Below, piece after piece: positions 8,845-19,639 of a DNA stretch of 64,000 nucleotides. The notes under the pieces were generated by a model that was not told where the DNA came from, made no database searches, and saw only the letters and a list, made by a program, of their open reading frames with translations. This DNA is from Bdellovibrionales bacterium (GTDB lineage: Bacteria > Bdellovibrionota > Bdellovibrionia > Bdellovibrionales > CAYMLA01): positions 160,001 through 224,000 of the forward strand of contig OZ244239.1 in the NCBI GenBank assembly GCA_965217115.1, in the 5' to 3' direction. Both the position numbers and the translations under genes were made by a program. The number at the start of each line of letters is the position of its first letter. Position 1 is the first letter of the stretch.

Positions 8845-11800
8845 TTACCAAGATGTGAGATACTCTAACCAATCATTGAATTTCCAATCATCCTTGTTTT
8901 CTTGGTTAAGCAGACTTTCAGGATCAATCTCAGTCTCCATACTGATATTCTCAGAGTCAAAAACCTCTCCAGGCAAAAGAGTATAAAAACCAGGTGTGCT
9001 AGGTAGGTGGCCTGCATAGGCGAGGGCTAAACGCTCAACGGGGTAAAATCCTAACGGGTACTGATCCTTTTGATCATCTAAATTTGGCTTTCTCCACGAA
9101 CGGGTGCTTGATTCCCAGATCACTCTAGTACCATCCATCTGTTTAATAAAATTCGTAAAAGTTGACAAGCCACGTACAGATAAGAGCCACGGATGATTTA
9201 TTAGATTAGAAAAATCAAGAATATTTCCTTCTGTAAAATGCTGGGTGGTGTAGTAGTAGGTCTCTCTAAAATACTTTGGCGGATCATCTTGAGAAGGTTC
9301 AATAACATCTCCCGAACAGAGCATAAGCCCCCGAGTGAGATGATCAAATATCTCCTGTTCAGAATATTGATTATTAATGAGATGCTTCATCTCAAGTGAT
9401 CTCCTCCTTATAATTCCTGGGTCCCAGGTAATTGACTCAGGATTTAGCTTGATGGTGATACAAGACTCGTATTTTTGAAAGCCTAAAAGGATTTGCTTCA
9501 TTTCTGTTGAAAGATAAATACCTGTACCAGAGGCTGCATTTGAGTTTCTTGACTTATAATTGCTACGCACAGTACTTGCTGAAAATCCTATACCAGAGAG
9601 AAGTTGCGAAAAAACACCCTTTATCCATTTAAGGGGACTGAAGTAGGCTGCTACACTGTTTGACTTGCTGTCCCCTGCATCTTCGCTAGTTCGAGTATTT
9701 ACATTAAAGTTCAGAGCTAAGCCAGCGGACTCAATGACTTTGCTGGTCTTATGCACTTTGAGCTTTCTATCGATAATAAAAGGGAAAGGAATGTGTTCTT
9801 TAGTCAGAGGAGTGTCCCTGGAAAATTTCTTATGAAGTAGGTTATCCCAATCAACGATGTGGTTATCAAGACCCTCAAGTAGATTAACCCCGCAATGTTT
9901 AATCAAACTGCTCGAAAATGATGTCTCTTCTCCTTTAAGATGCTGACTTCTCATAAGGAGGTCATTATCATGAACATCAAAAAGACGTACTCCTTTAGAG
10001 TTAGGGTAATTGATAATTTTTTTAAAGAAGAGCTGACACATCTTGATAACTAGAATGGGCGACATGGTTCCTTTCTCAAACAACCGATTAATATCTTCTT
10101 GAGTCACTTTTGCATTAGGTTTAGTACCATAATTATCTCTAGTTAATGGTGAGCGGTTTAACTCTTTTATAAGTCCATCAAGGCCGTTATTATCTATAAA
10201 AACCTTATTATTCTCTCTCTGTATTTCAGGAGTAAAGTCTTTTGTAAATGACTCTGGAGATGGCTCTTCTGATAATTGTATGACCTCTAAATTATTGTTC
10301 TTGATGAAATGATTAAAACTCGATTGCCTTGTCATACTCTTCAGATATTGCTTCTCCATTCTTAGCCACCGTGAAATGAGCTTTTCAACAGTCATATCTT
10401 TAAAAGAATCGTCTATCTCAGCTAAGGATTTATCATCTAAAGAGTAAAGCCTCTTTACTGGCATTTGCACAGCTTTAGTAGAAGAGAACTGTAACGATGC
10501 AAGCTGATTGCAATCAGGAGTTTCACAAACTGAAGACGAGAGATCATCTGTCGGCCTCATTGCTGCCGAAGAGTAATTGGACAGCATAACAAGTGGTCCC
10601 ATGAATGTTCGAGTCTTTAAACCTGAATCCTTATCAAGAAGAGCATTGTAGTTATACTTCGTATATTTCTTTAGATCCTCTATAGAGAAATTTTTTGAAA
10701 CTCTCTCATGGGGATTGAGGTTTTCCCCTATCATATTGACTTTATCTAGATCAATAGTCTCTAGTTGTATGAGAAGAAACGTCCTCAAACGAATTAAACG
10801 CATATCACGAACAGTGAATACAATAGGGGTTATGATGAGTCCATTTCTAACTGTGACGAGTTTTTGTATGGGGCTAATAAAATCCCTCACTTGTCCGTCG
10901 ACTCCAAAGTAGGATTTTTTGGCTGCAACCCTTAATAAATAGACACCATCTTTAAGTGGTTCGCTGGTATTAGCTCCATTGATTAAGGTATCACGAATAA
11001 CATAGGGACGTATTTGTAGCTGAAAGGGCTTGTGAAATTCAAGGCTGAGGAAATTGTCGACAGAGTATGTAAAGAAATCAAATGTCTCTAGGTTATAATT
11101 GGCGATAATTAAACGAGCAGGTAATGCATTTTCTGAGCGTTTTTCCATTTCCCTGAGACGCTCCTCACTATTGATCCTTTTATCTTGCCCAAATTCCCAC
11201 CCTCGAGTCCAAGGGTTGATGTAAAAACTGAACTCCCGTTTAAAGCCCGACTTATGCTCCAAAATAAATCTTTTCTTGATATACCTCTCTGGAGAGTAGT
11301 ACTTATGTTGTATGGTGCCTGTCCAAGCTAAATAACCTTTTCCAAGTGATTCTTTAGTTGTAGAAACATCCGATGAAGGGAAATCAGCATCATCTGGCTC
11401 CCCCTTCATTCTAATGGTGAAGTCTTCTTTCTCAATATAATGTCCATGAAAACCATCGAAGACCCTTGTTTCGACAGAGAAATCAACCATTCTCTTTGTT
11501 GCCGTCTGCCAGCGAATTCCTTTAAATTTTATTATAAGAGTTTCTAAATCAAATGCACTTGCAGAGGGGGCCCCTTTAATATCAGCGATATTAGGAATTT
11601 TATCCAGGTAATCTCTTTGGAAAGAAAAGTTTTTCTTTAGAAAATCGTTCTTAGGGAAAATAGTTCCAGGGGTTATTTTATGTGCACTCCCTAGATCAAA
11701 AACACCTTCAAATCTCTTAATATGATTCTGGTTATTAATTGGCACTAACCGCAGAGCAAGCTCTAAATCTCCAGTCTTATAGAGACCGGGGATATCAACA

Positions 11801-13734
11801 TCTATACCGGCAATCAGTTGAGAGTTTTTAATAGAGACATGGGTCTGTTTAGGGTCTTTTATTTTTGATAAAATTTGTCGTATTTCTTTTTTATCTTTGC
11901 CATAACGAACAGACACAATATAGGGAATCAGCTTAAATTCTCCAGAAGTAAGAACTTTAGGGTCAAGAGGATTCCCAAAGTGATCGAATAAAATAATTTT
12001 CGGTTGTAGAGTTAAGTTAATTCTTATGTTGAGGCCCTTGTTAGACTTATGAGTTTGAGATATCCGAGTGTGGACACTAGGCAAGTGTAGATAACCATAG
12101 TTTTCTGTACGGGTTCCCATTAGATAACTTAAAGCCTCTTCTTCAGAGACAAGAAGTTTTTTCGGAATTTTAGGAGCTTTTGATGTTGTCTGCTCAATAA
12201 ACTCTGGTGAATTTATTTTGTGATCTTTATTCCAAGGATTAATGATAAATTTAATATTACGGGTCCCATAGTGTCTTTTTACACCTGTTATCTTCCGTTG
12301 GATAAGAATATTAGCGGCCTGGGAGATACTGTCATAGGCAAAGCTCTCCTTCCATGAAACACAGCCATCGTCTCCTGTGTTAGCTTTTCGGTGTTCTTTA
12401 CCAATTCTTATAAAGAAGGTTTGTCCTGGCTTCACGATACTGTTATTGAGATTGCTTTTAAGACAAGCGGTAACAGTGTAATCCCTAGCTTGGGTGAAAC
12501 GCCACTTCTTATCGACTTTCGTGCGTATAGAGGAGCCTGATAATTTATGAACAAAGAAAGAGACAGGAGTCGTGAGGGAATAAATATTATCTGGCAAATC
12601 TCCAGCACTCTTCTCATTGACCTTAAACAAAAATGGGATGTATTTTTTTTGTAAACTAAATTTTTGACCGACATTATGCATGTTTTTTTGGAGGAGACCT
12701 GTCTGGGTTTTAAATATGTCCTTTGTCTTTCCCATGCGGTAGATCCCCTCTAAACGAGTTAGACCAGGGGGGGCATTTCTGGGCACAAGGCGTAGAGCCA
12801 ATTCTAGGAATCCATCATGGGCTTGATATTGCAATGTTGTGAGTAAATTAACATCTAATTGGCCATTGACAATAACGGCTTTTTTCTTTGGTACTGAACG
12901 GGTGAGCGGTGTCCGAACGTACTTACCATTTTCGATTGTAACAGCAATAACTTGTGCCCACACGTCAAAGGAACCTTTTTTAAGCTTGTATGCATAGGAG
13001 GCTCCGTAAATGTCGGTTAACGCAATAGATGGCTTTATAGAGAGTTGTAATTCCGTGCTGACACCATTTTTTGAGCGCCCCAATTCGACTCCTGTATAGG
13101 ATAACTTAGGAGCCCATATAAAACGGGTTTTAAGTTTGCCCTGTTTACTCAGTCCTTTGAGGGCATTGTTCACAGCCCCTTTCTCCATAACAAGTGAGCC
13201 TTCAGGGATAGCGCTGGGCTTATTGGGGTCGTCTCTGAGATCCACAAATTCTGGAGTCTTAGAGCCTCTGTCTTGAGTCCATGGATTAAAGGCGATCTTA
13301 AATGGTCTCTGCCCTTTAAGAGTTCCAGTGGATTGAATGTATCCTTTCAGAAAAACGTGCTGGGAATCAGCTAAAAAGTTATAGGGTATGTATTGAGTCC
13401 AACTCAAACAACCGTCCGCATCAGTTTCTGCGCGGGTAGAAACATCTCCGACCTTGATGACAAACGGATGGCCTGGAAGCTTATTATTAGTGATATTCTC
13501 TCTGATACAGGTAGATAGGGCGTATTTTTTTGCCTGGGGAATATCCCAGCCTTTTACGATATTTGTTTTGGCAACCGGACCATCTTTTTCAATTTTAGTG
13601 ATGTAGAAAGAAGCCGCGTTCTCTTCTCTCTTAAGATTCTTATCAGGATCGTGTGGTGTTGGCTGAACACATCCGATAAGTGAGAAGATAGAAATCGGTA
13701 ATATAAACTTTGAGAGGAGACTAAAGCTTTTCAT
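8845..13734 (-). CDS. Giant (~1629 aa) putative lipoprotein with internal domain repeats
   Basis: Start refined to ATG 13734 (GGAG SD; overlaps upstream stop); lipobox-like LIGC; repeated DGC.SW...NPW and LELALRLVP units. Confidence 0.75.
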   Translation of the reverse strand: MKSFSLLSKFILPISIFSLIGCVQPTPHDPDKNLKREENAASFYITKIEKDGPVAKTNIVKGWDIPQAKKYALSTCIRENITNNKLPGHPFVIKVGDVSTRAETDADGCLSWTQYIPYNFLADSQHVFLKGYIQSTGTLKGQRPFKIAFNPWTQDRGSKTPEFVDLRDDPNKPSAIPEGSLVMEKGAVNNALKGLSKQGKLKTRFIWAPKLSYTGVELGRSKNGVSTELQLSIKPSIALTDIYGASYAYKLKKGSFDVWAQVIAVTIENGKYVRTPLTRSVPKKKAVIVNGQLDVNLLTTLQYQAHDGFLELALRLVPRNAPPGLTRLEGIYRMGKTKDIFKTQTGLLQKNMHNVGQKFSLQKKYIPFLFKVNEKSAGDLPDNIYSLTTPVSFFVHKLSGSSIRTKVDKKWRFTQARDYTVTACLKSNLNNSIVKPGQTFFIRIGKEHRKANTGDDGCVSWKESFAYDSISQAANILIQRKITGVKRHYGTRNIKFIINPWNKDHKINSPEFIEQTTSKAPKIPKKLLVSEEEALSYLMGTRTENYGYLHLPSVHTRISQTHKSNKGLNIRINLTLQPKIILFDHFGNPLDPKVLTSGEFKLIPYIVSVRYGKDKKEIRQILSKIKDPKQTHVSIKNSQLIAGIDVDIPGLYKTGDLELALRLVPINNQNHIKRFEGVFDLGSAHKITPGTIFPKNDFLKKNFSFQRDYLDKIPNIADIKGAPSASAFDLETLIIKFKGIRWQTATKRMVDFSVETRVFDGFHGHYIEKEDFTIRMKGEPDDADFPSSDVSTTKESLGKGYLAWTGTIQHKYYSPERYIKKRFILEHKSGFKREFSFYINPWTRGWEFGQDKRINSEERLREMEKRSENALPARLIIANYNLETFDFFTYSVDNFLSLEFHKPFQLQIRPYVIRDTLINGANTSEPLKDGVYLLRVAAKKSYFGVDGQVRDFISPIQKLVTVRNGLIITPIVFTVRDMRLIRLRTFLLIQLETIDLDKVNMIGENLNPHERVSKNFSIEDLKKYTKYNYNALLDKDSGLKTRTFMGPLVMLSNYSSAAMRPTDDLSSSVCETPDCNQLASLQFSSTKAVQMPVKRLYSLDDKSLAEIDDSFKDMTVEKLISRWLRMEKQYLKSMTRQSSFNHFIKNNNLEVIQLSEEPSPESFTKDFTPEIQRENNKVFIDNNGLDGLIKELNRSPLTRDNYGTKPNAKVTQEDINRLFEKGTMSPILVIKMCQLFFKKIINYPNSKGVRLFDVHDNDLLMRSQHLKGEETSFSSSLIKHCGVNLLEGLDNHIVDWDNLLHKKFSRDTPLTKEHIPFPFIIDRKLKVHKTSKVIESAGLALNFNVNTRTSEDAGDSKSNSVAAYFSPLKWIKGVFSQLLSGIGFSASTVRSNYKSRNSNAASGTGIYLSTEMKQILLGFQKYESCITIKLNPESITWDPGIIRRRSLEMKHLINNQYSEQEIFDHLTRGLMLCSGDVIEPSQDDPPKYFRETYYYTTQHFTEGNILDFSNLINHPWLLSVRGLSTFTNFIKQMDGTRVIWESSTRSWRKPNLDDQKDQYPLGFYPVERLALAYAGHLPSTPGFYTLLPGEVFDSENISMETEIDPESLLNQENKDDWKFNDWLEYLTSW

Positions 13735-14869
13735 ATAAAGTCTCCAAGTTAATAAAGTAATGGGATTGGGCCTCTTGAATATTTGATGGATTGATAAGTC
13801 CGCTCTTGCTGTAACCACCGGCAACTTTAAAGTCGTAATTATTGAGTTGTAACCCTAAAGCGACAGAATAGCCGTTGCGATTATTATGACCGTGACTAGA
13901 ACTGTTGTAAAACCCAGGGGAGGTGTCTGACTCATTAAAGAAAGAGCTGACCATTAAAGAGTACACCTGTGATTTTCCATTGAATTTGATTTCTGTGAAG
14001 ATCTCCCGTCCCAAGCGATAGGATGTGGGTGCCTTTTGATTTTCAAGAATATAGCCACCAATTTTTAATTTGAGACTTCGAGTGAGATTGGCACGAAGAT
14101 ATCCGCCGTAGAGAAGTCCATCAAATTTATAGATAAAGTAATTTCGTGGTGAATTTGGACCAATAAAATTAATAGAATTTCCGTAAATAGAACTCTGCTC
14201 TATAACAGTATTAGGTAATTGCGAGAACTTATAATGAGTTAGAAATCCTTGTGCAACGATTCTAGAAGTGATCTTGGCTCCAATGATGAGGCTCTCTGTA
14301 TAAAAAGTAGGTGTGGGCTCCTTAGTAACGGCCTTTGTTGAGAGCGTTGATGAAGAAGGTATCGCCTGCTGTAATCTGAGTTCGGCAAAGAGAGATGGAG
14401 TCTTCCATTTCAATCTCTCTACGAGAGCTGGGAAAGCTTTGGAGCTGACAAGAAGGGGGCTATTGAGATGTTTCTGATTAATAGCTCCTGATCTCATGGA
14501 AAAAAATTTAAAGGGAGCCCATGACAAATAGGCCTCAGAGAGGGAAATTGAATTTGATGGTTTAAAATCCCCAAAATGGGATTGAACACGGCCTGTCCCT
14601 AAATTGGCTGACACCTCTGTTTTAGTATATAGAGAGGGGGTCAGTTGATAACTTATAAGGCCTTTGATGGCAGATTGAGCAATTTGTGATGACTCAGTAG
14701 GACTGTCATAGGAGCTCCCTCCAAAGGAGAGCTTCCACTGTGCTTGATACCGTTGTTCTTTTTCTACAGAGAGGTTGCTCAGAGGATCATTGGCCCATAA
14801 ATCGGCGAGACAAGTCAGAGAACTTGCTAAGATCAAAGCCAATTTAAGAAACTGCCTGTTTTCCATCAT
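13721..14869 (-). CDS. Putative outer-membrane porin-like beta-barrel protein
   Basis: Signal peptide, alternating beta-strands, LSEAYLSW and GHNNRNGY segments. Confidence 0.6.
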   Translation of the reverse strand: MMENRQFLKLALILASSLTCLADLWANDPLSNLSVEKEQRYQAQWKLSFGGSSYDSPTESSQIAQSAIKGLISYQLTPSLYTKTEVSANLGTGRVQSHFGDFKPSNSISLSEAYLSWAPFKFFSMRSGAINQKHLNSPLLVSSKAFPALVERLKWKTPSLFAELRLQQAIPSSSTLSTKAVTKEPTPTFYTESLIIGAKITSRIVAQGFLTHYKFSQLPNTVIEQSSIYGNSINFIGPNSPRNYFIYKFDGLLYGGYLRANLTRSLKLKIGGYILENQKAPTSYRLGREIFTEIKFNGKSQVYSLMVSSFFNESDTSPGFYNSSSHGHNNRNGYSVALGLQLNNYDFKVAGGYSKSGLINPSNIQEAQSHYFINLETLYEKL

Positions 14870-15132
14870 TTCCCCATTTTTAGTGAAAGTGTTAGTTAAC
14901 CAATGTCATTCAAGAATTATGCTTGGAGAGATCTGCTCTAAGTGCTTGTTTAGAGAGTTAAAAAGCACGTTGCAGGCTGTATAAACTATGGATAAGTGAC
15001 AAAAAAAGTCCCTCCAGAAAATCGGCTCAAGGGCCTTTATGCGTTGCAGCTAGAATCTAAATTGCTTTGCAATTCATCTTTGCTGGTGGAACTCTTTTTA
15101 GTAGCTCTTAATTTTCATGGAGGAAATAAGGC

Positions 15133-15972
15133 ATGCTGAAGGCGTCGCTATTTTTATGGTTGGGTTTAATTAATTTCAATTTATACGCTTTCCCAGAAGC
15201 TCCCCACGATGCCTTAGAGATACTAGCTCCAGAATCAAATGGGGATGATTATGATTTTGAGGGTATCGTCAAACTATCTAATTGCAGTGGCTCTGTTATT
15301 CACTTTAAAGGACAGCCCCTGAGCGCGAAGGCCCTTGTCTTGACCAATGGTCACTGCTTGGGGAGACCTTTTGTGAGGCCGGGAGCATTCATTCTTAATA
15401 AAAAAAGCCAACGCCCAATGAAAGTTGCCGATAGTAATAGAACCTTTCATCCTATAAGAGCCCAGAAAATTATCTATGGGACGATGACCACGACAGACGC
15501 CGCTATTTATGAGATTCAGAGAACTTATAGAGAGCTTCAAGAACTGGGCATTAGACCTTTTGAATTAAATGATAGGCGTCCTGAGATAAGAACTGCCATC
15601 AACATTATCTCAGGTTATTGGGAGAGAGGATACCACTGCAAGATAGACGATTTTGTTTATCTTCTCAGGGAAGAAGAGTGGTCTTTTTCTGATTCCATTC
15701 GCTACACTAGCCAGGGCTGTAAGACCATTGGTGGGACAAGTGGGGCTCCCATTATTATGGATGGCACAAGAACAGTCATAGGTGTGAACAATACGGGTAA
15801 TCAATCTGGGCGACGATGCACTACGAATAATCCATGCGAGGTTGATAGAAGTGGAAGAGTGACTGTAAGAAGAGGCGCGTCCTATGGTCAACAAACTTAT
15901 TTGTTCTATGGTTGCCTAAATTCAGATTATGAAATAGATCTTAACCTTCCTACCTGTCAACTTCCCAAGTAA
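15133..15972 (+). CDS. Secreted trypsin-like serine protease
   Basis: Signal peptide; catalytic triad contexts LTNGHC, TDAAI and GTSGAP. Confidence 0.9.
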   Translation: MLKASLFLWLGLINFNLYAFPEAPHDALEILAPESNGDDYDFEGIVKLSNCSGSVIHFKGQPLSAKALVLTNGHCLGRPFVRPGAFILNKKSQRPMKVADSNRTFHPIRAQKIIYGTMTTTDAAIYEIQRTYRELQELGIRPFELNDRRPEIRTAINIISGYWERGYHCKIDDFVYLLREEEWSFSDSIRYTSQGCKTIGGTSGAPIIMDGTRTVIGVNNTGNQSGRRCTTNNPCEVDRSGRVTVRRGASYGQQTYLFYGCLNSDYEIDLNLPTCQLPK

Positions 15973-15989
15973 GAGATTAAAGGAAGTAA

Positions 15990-17477
15990 ATGCTTTCAGA
16001 GCGTCGTTCTAAAATCGTTGTCACCATTGGACCTGCAACGAGTCATCGTGAGAATTTAAAGAGAGCCATTCAGTCGGGAATGAATGTCGTTCGATTGAAT
16101 TTTAGTCATGGGACCCATGCAGACCATTTATCTGTCATTGTGAATATTCGAGAGTTATCCCATGAGCTAAAGGCACCAGTTGCTATCTTACAGGATTTAC
16201 AAGGTCCTAAGATCCGTGTTGGAAAATTTAAAAATGGTTTCATTCAACTTGAAAAAGGCCAGGAAGTCTGTGTCACGGTTCGTGATGTGGAAGGCAAGGA
16301 CGGTTTAATTCCCAGTGATTTTAAAAAATTACCCGAATCTTGTCAAATTGGGACAAAGATTTTATTAGATGATGGCTTACTCGAATTGATGGTTAAGGAC
16401 GTCAAGGGAGAGGATATCATCTGCAAAGTGATCTTTGGTGGAGTTTTAAAAGATCGTAAGGGAATGAATATCCCCGGTGCTTCTCTGTCTGTGGATTGTC
16501 TGACTCCAAAGGATTTGGAAGATCTCGAATTTGGAATGAAGAATGGTGTCGATCATGTTGCTCTAAGTTTTGTTCGTCAGGGACAGGATATACGTCAATT
16601 GCGAGAGATCTTAAATAAGAATGATTGTAATGCTAGGATTGTTGCAAAGATAGAGATGTTAGAAGCACTGGATAATCTTGATGAGATTGTGAATTTAAGT
16701 GATGCAGTGATGGTGGCTCGGGGGGACTTAGCCGTCGAAGTGGGGCAGGCTCGGTTGCCACAATTACAGAAAGAGATCATTCGTGTCGCAAATAAGCAGG
16801 GGAAACCTGTTATAACAGCAACTCAGATGTTAGATAGTATGGTGGAAAACCCCCGTCCTACGCGGGCAGAGATAACTGATGTGGCCAATGCAGTCTTAGA
16901 TGGGTCCGATGCTCTGATGCTTTCAGCCGAGTCGGCAAGTGGAAAGTATCCTTTTAAATGTATTCAAACCATGCATGAAATTATCCTGGAAGTTGAGAAA
17001 AACGGATGTAGTTACTACAACATTGACTTAGAGGATAGTTTTCTCAGTGTCCCTGCCTCCATCGGGGCCAGTGCCTGTTTGAGCGCACTAAAATTGGATG
17101 CAACGGCGATTGTCTCTTTAACGACAACAGGAAAGACGGCGAGGATCATTTCTGGATTTCGTCCCAAGGCTCGAGTCATTGCCATAACCCATCATATTAA
17201 GACTCTCAATAGCTTAGAGTTAACTTGGGGTATTCAGACAATTTTAATCAAGAGTTATGATACGATGGACGACGCTATTTCACAGATCGAAGGGGCTCTC
17301 CTAAAAAATGGTATTGTTAAAACAGGTGATCGTATCCTGTTAACACTTGGTTTACCCGTAAAAAAAGGTTCAAAGACAAATACGATGAAAATGTGCCTTA
17401 TTGATCGTGAAGATATTCAACAGTTGCCTGTAGAGGAGTTACCCCTTCGTTGTCGCCCTGAATCTTTTGTTAATTAA
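15990..17477 (+). CDS. pyk: Pyruvate kinase
   Basis: KIVVTIGPA, RLNFSHG, DLQGPKIR, MVARGDL and ATQMLDSM motifs. Confidence 0.98.
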   Translation: MLSERRSKIVVTIGPATSHRENLKRAIQSGMNVVRLNFSHGTHADHLSVIVNIRELSHELKAPVAILQDLQGPKIRVGKFKNGFIQLEKGQEVCVTVRDVEGKDGLIPSDFKKLPESCQIGTKILLDDGLLELMVKDVKGEDIICKVIFGGVLKDRKGMNIPGASLSVDCLTPKDLEDLEFGMKNGVDHVALSFVRQGQDIRQLREILNKNDCNARIVAKIEMLEALDNLDEIVNLSDAVMVARGDLAVEVGQARLPQLQKEIIRVANKQGKPVITATQMLDSMVENPRPTRAEITDVANAVLDGSDALMLSAESASGKYPFKCIQTMHEIILEVEKNGCSYYNIDLEDSFLSVPASIGASACLSALKLDATAIVSLTTTGKTARIISGFRPKARVIAITHHIKTLNSLELTWGIQTILIKSYDTMDDAISQIEGALLKNGIVKTGDRILLTLGLPVKKGSKTNTMKMCLIDREDIQQLPVEELPLRCRPESFVN

Positions 17478-17557
17478 GCATCATCATTTAAATTATGCTG
17501 TGAAGCCCCATAAAAAAAAATCTGTACTTTGCTGTTAGCTTCAGTAGACTTAATAGT

Positions 17558-18112
17558 GTGGATAGAGCGGTGGGGTTAACAGATTATTTTCATAATGTTT
17601 TAGGTGTACAAAGTATTTTGTGCCCTGATGTGAAACCACCTCAGGCTCAACCTAGTAACCAGTTTGAACTATGGAAGGAAGAAGCGAGGGGAGCTGTCTA
17701 CGGCCAGGTTCTTTTCTTTCATCTAAAGAAAAAGTCAGAAGAGAGCCTTTTCTCAAAAGCTCCATACAGTTTATTAAAGAAAATGATTCAAGCGATGAAA
17801 ATACCAGAAGACCAGTGGAGAGTGTTAGAGATCACTCCTGAAAGCCTTCTAGACAAGAGCGGAATGAATTCTTGCCGGAGTTATCTTCTCACTTCAGGTT
17901 TTCCGATCATTGTGATTCTGGGGGTTGAGGGTTACGAGGCATTGTTCGCTGAAGAACCTAGTGGCTCTCAAGGCCGAGGAAATTGGTTTGAAATGGAAGG
18001 TATTAAACTTATGCCCACCCATTCCCCTTTATTTTTGTTAGAGAATCCTTTAAATAAAGGCGATACGTGGACTGATCTGAAAAAAATCATGGGAGAACTC
18101 AAAATTTGTTAA
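17558..18112 (+). CDS. Uracil-DNA glycosylase family-4-like protein (degenerate)
   Basis: LLKKMIQAM, IIVILG, RGNW, LMPTHSP..LL and TWTDLK resemble the UDG-4 C-terminal half; no GEAPG motif. Confidence 0.6.
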   Translation: MDRAVGLTDYFHNVLGVQSILCPDVKPPQAQPSNQFELWKEEARGAVYGQVLFFHLKKKSEESLFSKAPYSLLKKMIQAMKIPEDQWRVLEITPESLLDKSGMNSCRSYLLTSGFPIIVILGVEGYEALFAEEPSGSQGRGNWFEMEGIKLMPTHSPLFLLENPLNKGDTWTDLKKIMGELKIC

Positions 18113-19389
18113 AAAGACACCTTTGTATAATCATCATCTTTGTTCTTAATATTTTTTTAGTAGATGCTCTTGCCTACCCAGGTAGTCATCCTCAGAGAGT
18201 AAAAATTAAATTAGGGGATTGGAGCACTTCAGAACCCTTTATTGGCAATCAGATCTTTATAAAGACAACTGGTTCTGAGTGGAAAAAAATAAAGTCCCAC
18301 CATAGAATTACTTGTCAGAAGGGTCGTCATTCTAAAACCCAGTGGACTTTAAAGACTCCAAGCAATAAATCTACGGGCAGTTTAAGTGGCCCTCGTTTGT
18401 TCATAAAAGGTAGGAAGCTTAAAGCCAAAGGCTTGGTTCTGCCAGATGAGTTCTCTCTCTCATGTGCAGATAAAAAGATCGATGTCATTTTCTCCCTTCC
18501 TTTTAATGATTACGTTTTAGGGGTTTTATTATCAGAGCTCCCGTCATCTTGGCCTTTGGAATCCTTGAAGGCGCAGGCTGTGGCCATTCGCTCCTACACC
18601 CGTGCAGTGATCAGAGAGCGGCAACGGCAGAGTTTTCATCTTAGAGCCTCAGTGATGGACCAGGTTTATAAGGTCAATATACATAAAGAAGCGCCTCAAC
18701 ATGTGTATAAGAAATTTAAACAAGCGGTGGATGAAACACAGGATTTGTTCTTGGTAGAGAATAAGAGAGTCTTAAAATCTTTTTATCATTCAGATTGCGG
18801 GGGACAGACAACCTCATCTTATGAGGTCTGGGGAGAAAAACAGGACTCTGGAGGGGTCAAGGATATTCATTGCCCTCTAAATCCTGGTGCCCAATGGAAG
18901 ATCGCGCTGAGCAAGAGAGATGTACAATTGAAGTTACGAGAGCACTTTAACTTGGGCTCTTTGATCACTTTAGATTCTCTTCGAGTGATTCGCCGTGATC
19001 TAAGTGGCCGAGTTAAGACCTTTGGAGTTGAATTTGATTTCGGCATTTCCCGTCAGTTATCAGGTCAGAAGTTGCGCTCACTCATTGGATTCCAAGAAAT
19101 ACGCAGCACTCTGTTGGAAATCGAGCAGAGAGGTGCCAATTATCATTTTAAGGGTTCAGGCTTTGGTCATGGCGTAGGCTTATGTCAGTGGGGGAGTCGA
19201 AAATTAGCGGAACAGGGTTGGAGGTTTACAAAGATCTTGGACCATTATTACAGTGGAGCCAAACTCATGGGAAGGCGGGCCTTCATTCCTCTATTAAGTG
19301 GCGGCGGTACTAAGAAACCTACATTAAGAGAGCAACACGCGCACAATAAAGAAGCCAACAGCGCAAAAACACATAAAGTTAAGTACTGA
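18106..19389 (+). CDS. SpoIID/LytB-domain lytic transglycosylase
   Basis: LKAQAVAIRSY, DQVY, FYHSDCGG and GFGHGVGLCQWG motifs. Confidence 0.92.
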   Translation: MLKRHLCIIIIFVLNIFLVDALAYPGSHPQRVKIKLGDWSTSEPFIGNQIFIKTTGSEWKKIKSHHRITCQKGRHSKTQWTLKTPSNKSTGSLSGPRLFIKGRKLKAKGLVLPDEFSLSCADKKIDVIFSLPFNDYVLGVLLSELPSSWPLESLKAQAVAIRSYTRAVIRERQRQSFHLRASVMDQVYKVNIHKEAPQHVYKKFKQAVDETQDLFLVENKRVLKSFYHSDCGGQTTSSYEVWGEKQDSGGVKDIHCPLNPGAQWKIALSKRDVQLKLREHFNLGSLITLDSLRVIRRDLSGRVKTFGVEFDFGISRQLSGQKLRSLIGFQEIRSTLLEIEQRGANYHFKGSGFGHGVGLCQWGSRKLAEQGWRFTKILDHYYSGAKLMGRRAFIPLLSGGGTKKPTLREQHAHNKEANSAKTHKVKY

Positions 19390-19428
19390 AAATATCATAA
19401 ACCCAAACCCCTCCATATAAATCTCGTT

Positions 19429-19464
19429 CCATTCTATCCCACCATTCTATCGACCCATTCTATC
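19429..19464. repeat. CCATTCTATC x3, 13-bp period
   Basis: Copies at 19429, 19442 and 19455. Confidence 0.75.
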
Positions 19465-19563
19465 AACAGTGCCTTCTGATTGTAAGGCAAAAGCACAGGA
19501 GGTCCAGAGATTGGGCCGTATTCATGACCATTGTCTTACTCCCCCCATCATTTCCCAAACAGC

Positions 19564-19639
19564 CATTTAGGAACTCATTTAGGAACTCATTTAGGAACTC
19601 ATTTAGGAACTCATTTAGGAACTCATTTAGGAACTCATT
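19564..19639. repeat. Perfect 12-bp tandem repeat CATTTAGGAACT x6 plus CATT
   Basis: Read directly; the array ends inside the -35 box of the tRNA promoter. Confidence 0.97.

Noticed and set aside
13735..13824. N-terminal 30 codons of the 1659-aa ORF call
   Set aside because: They overlap the porin gene; ATG 13734 has an SD and gives a proper lipoprotein signal.
19564..19639. 12-bp array (and the 15-bp array at 1320) as a CRISPR array
   Set aside because: Units are contiguous with no spacers, too short, and no cas genes are present.
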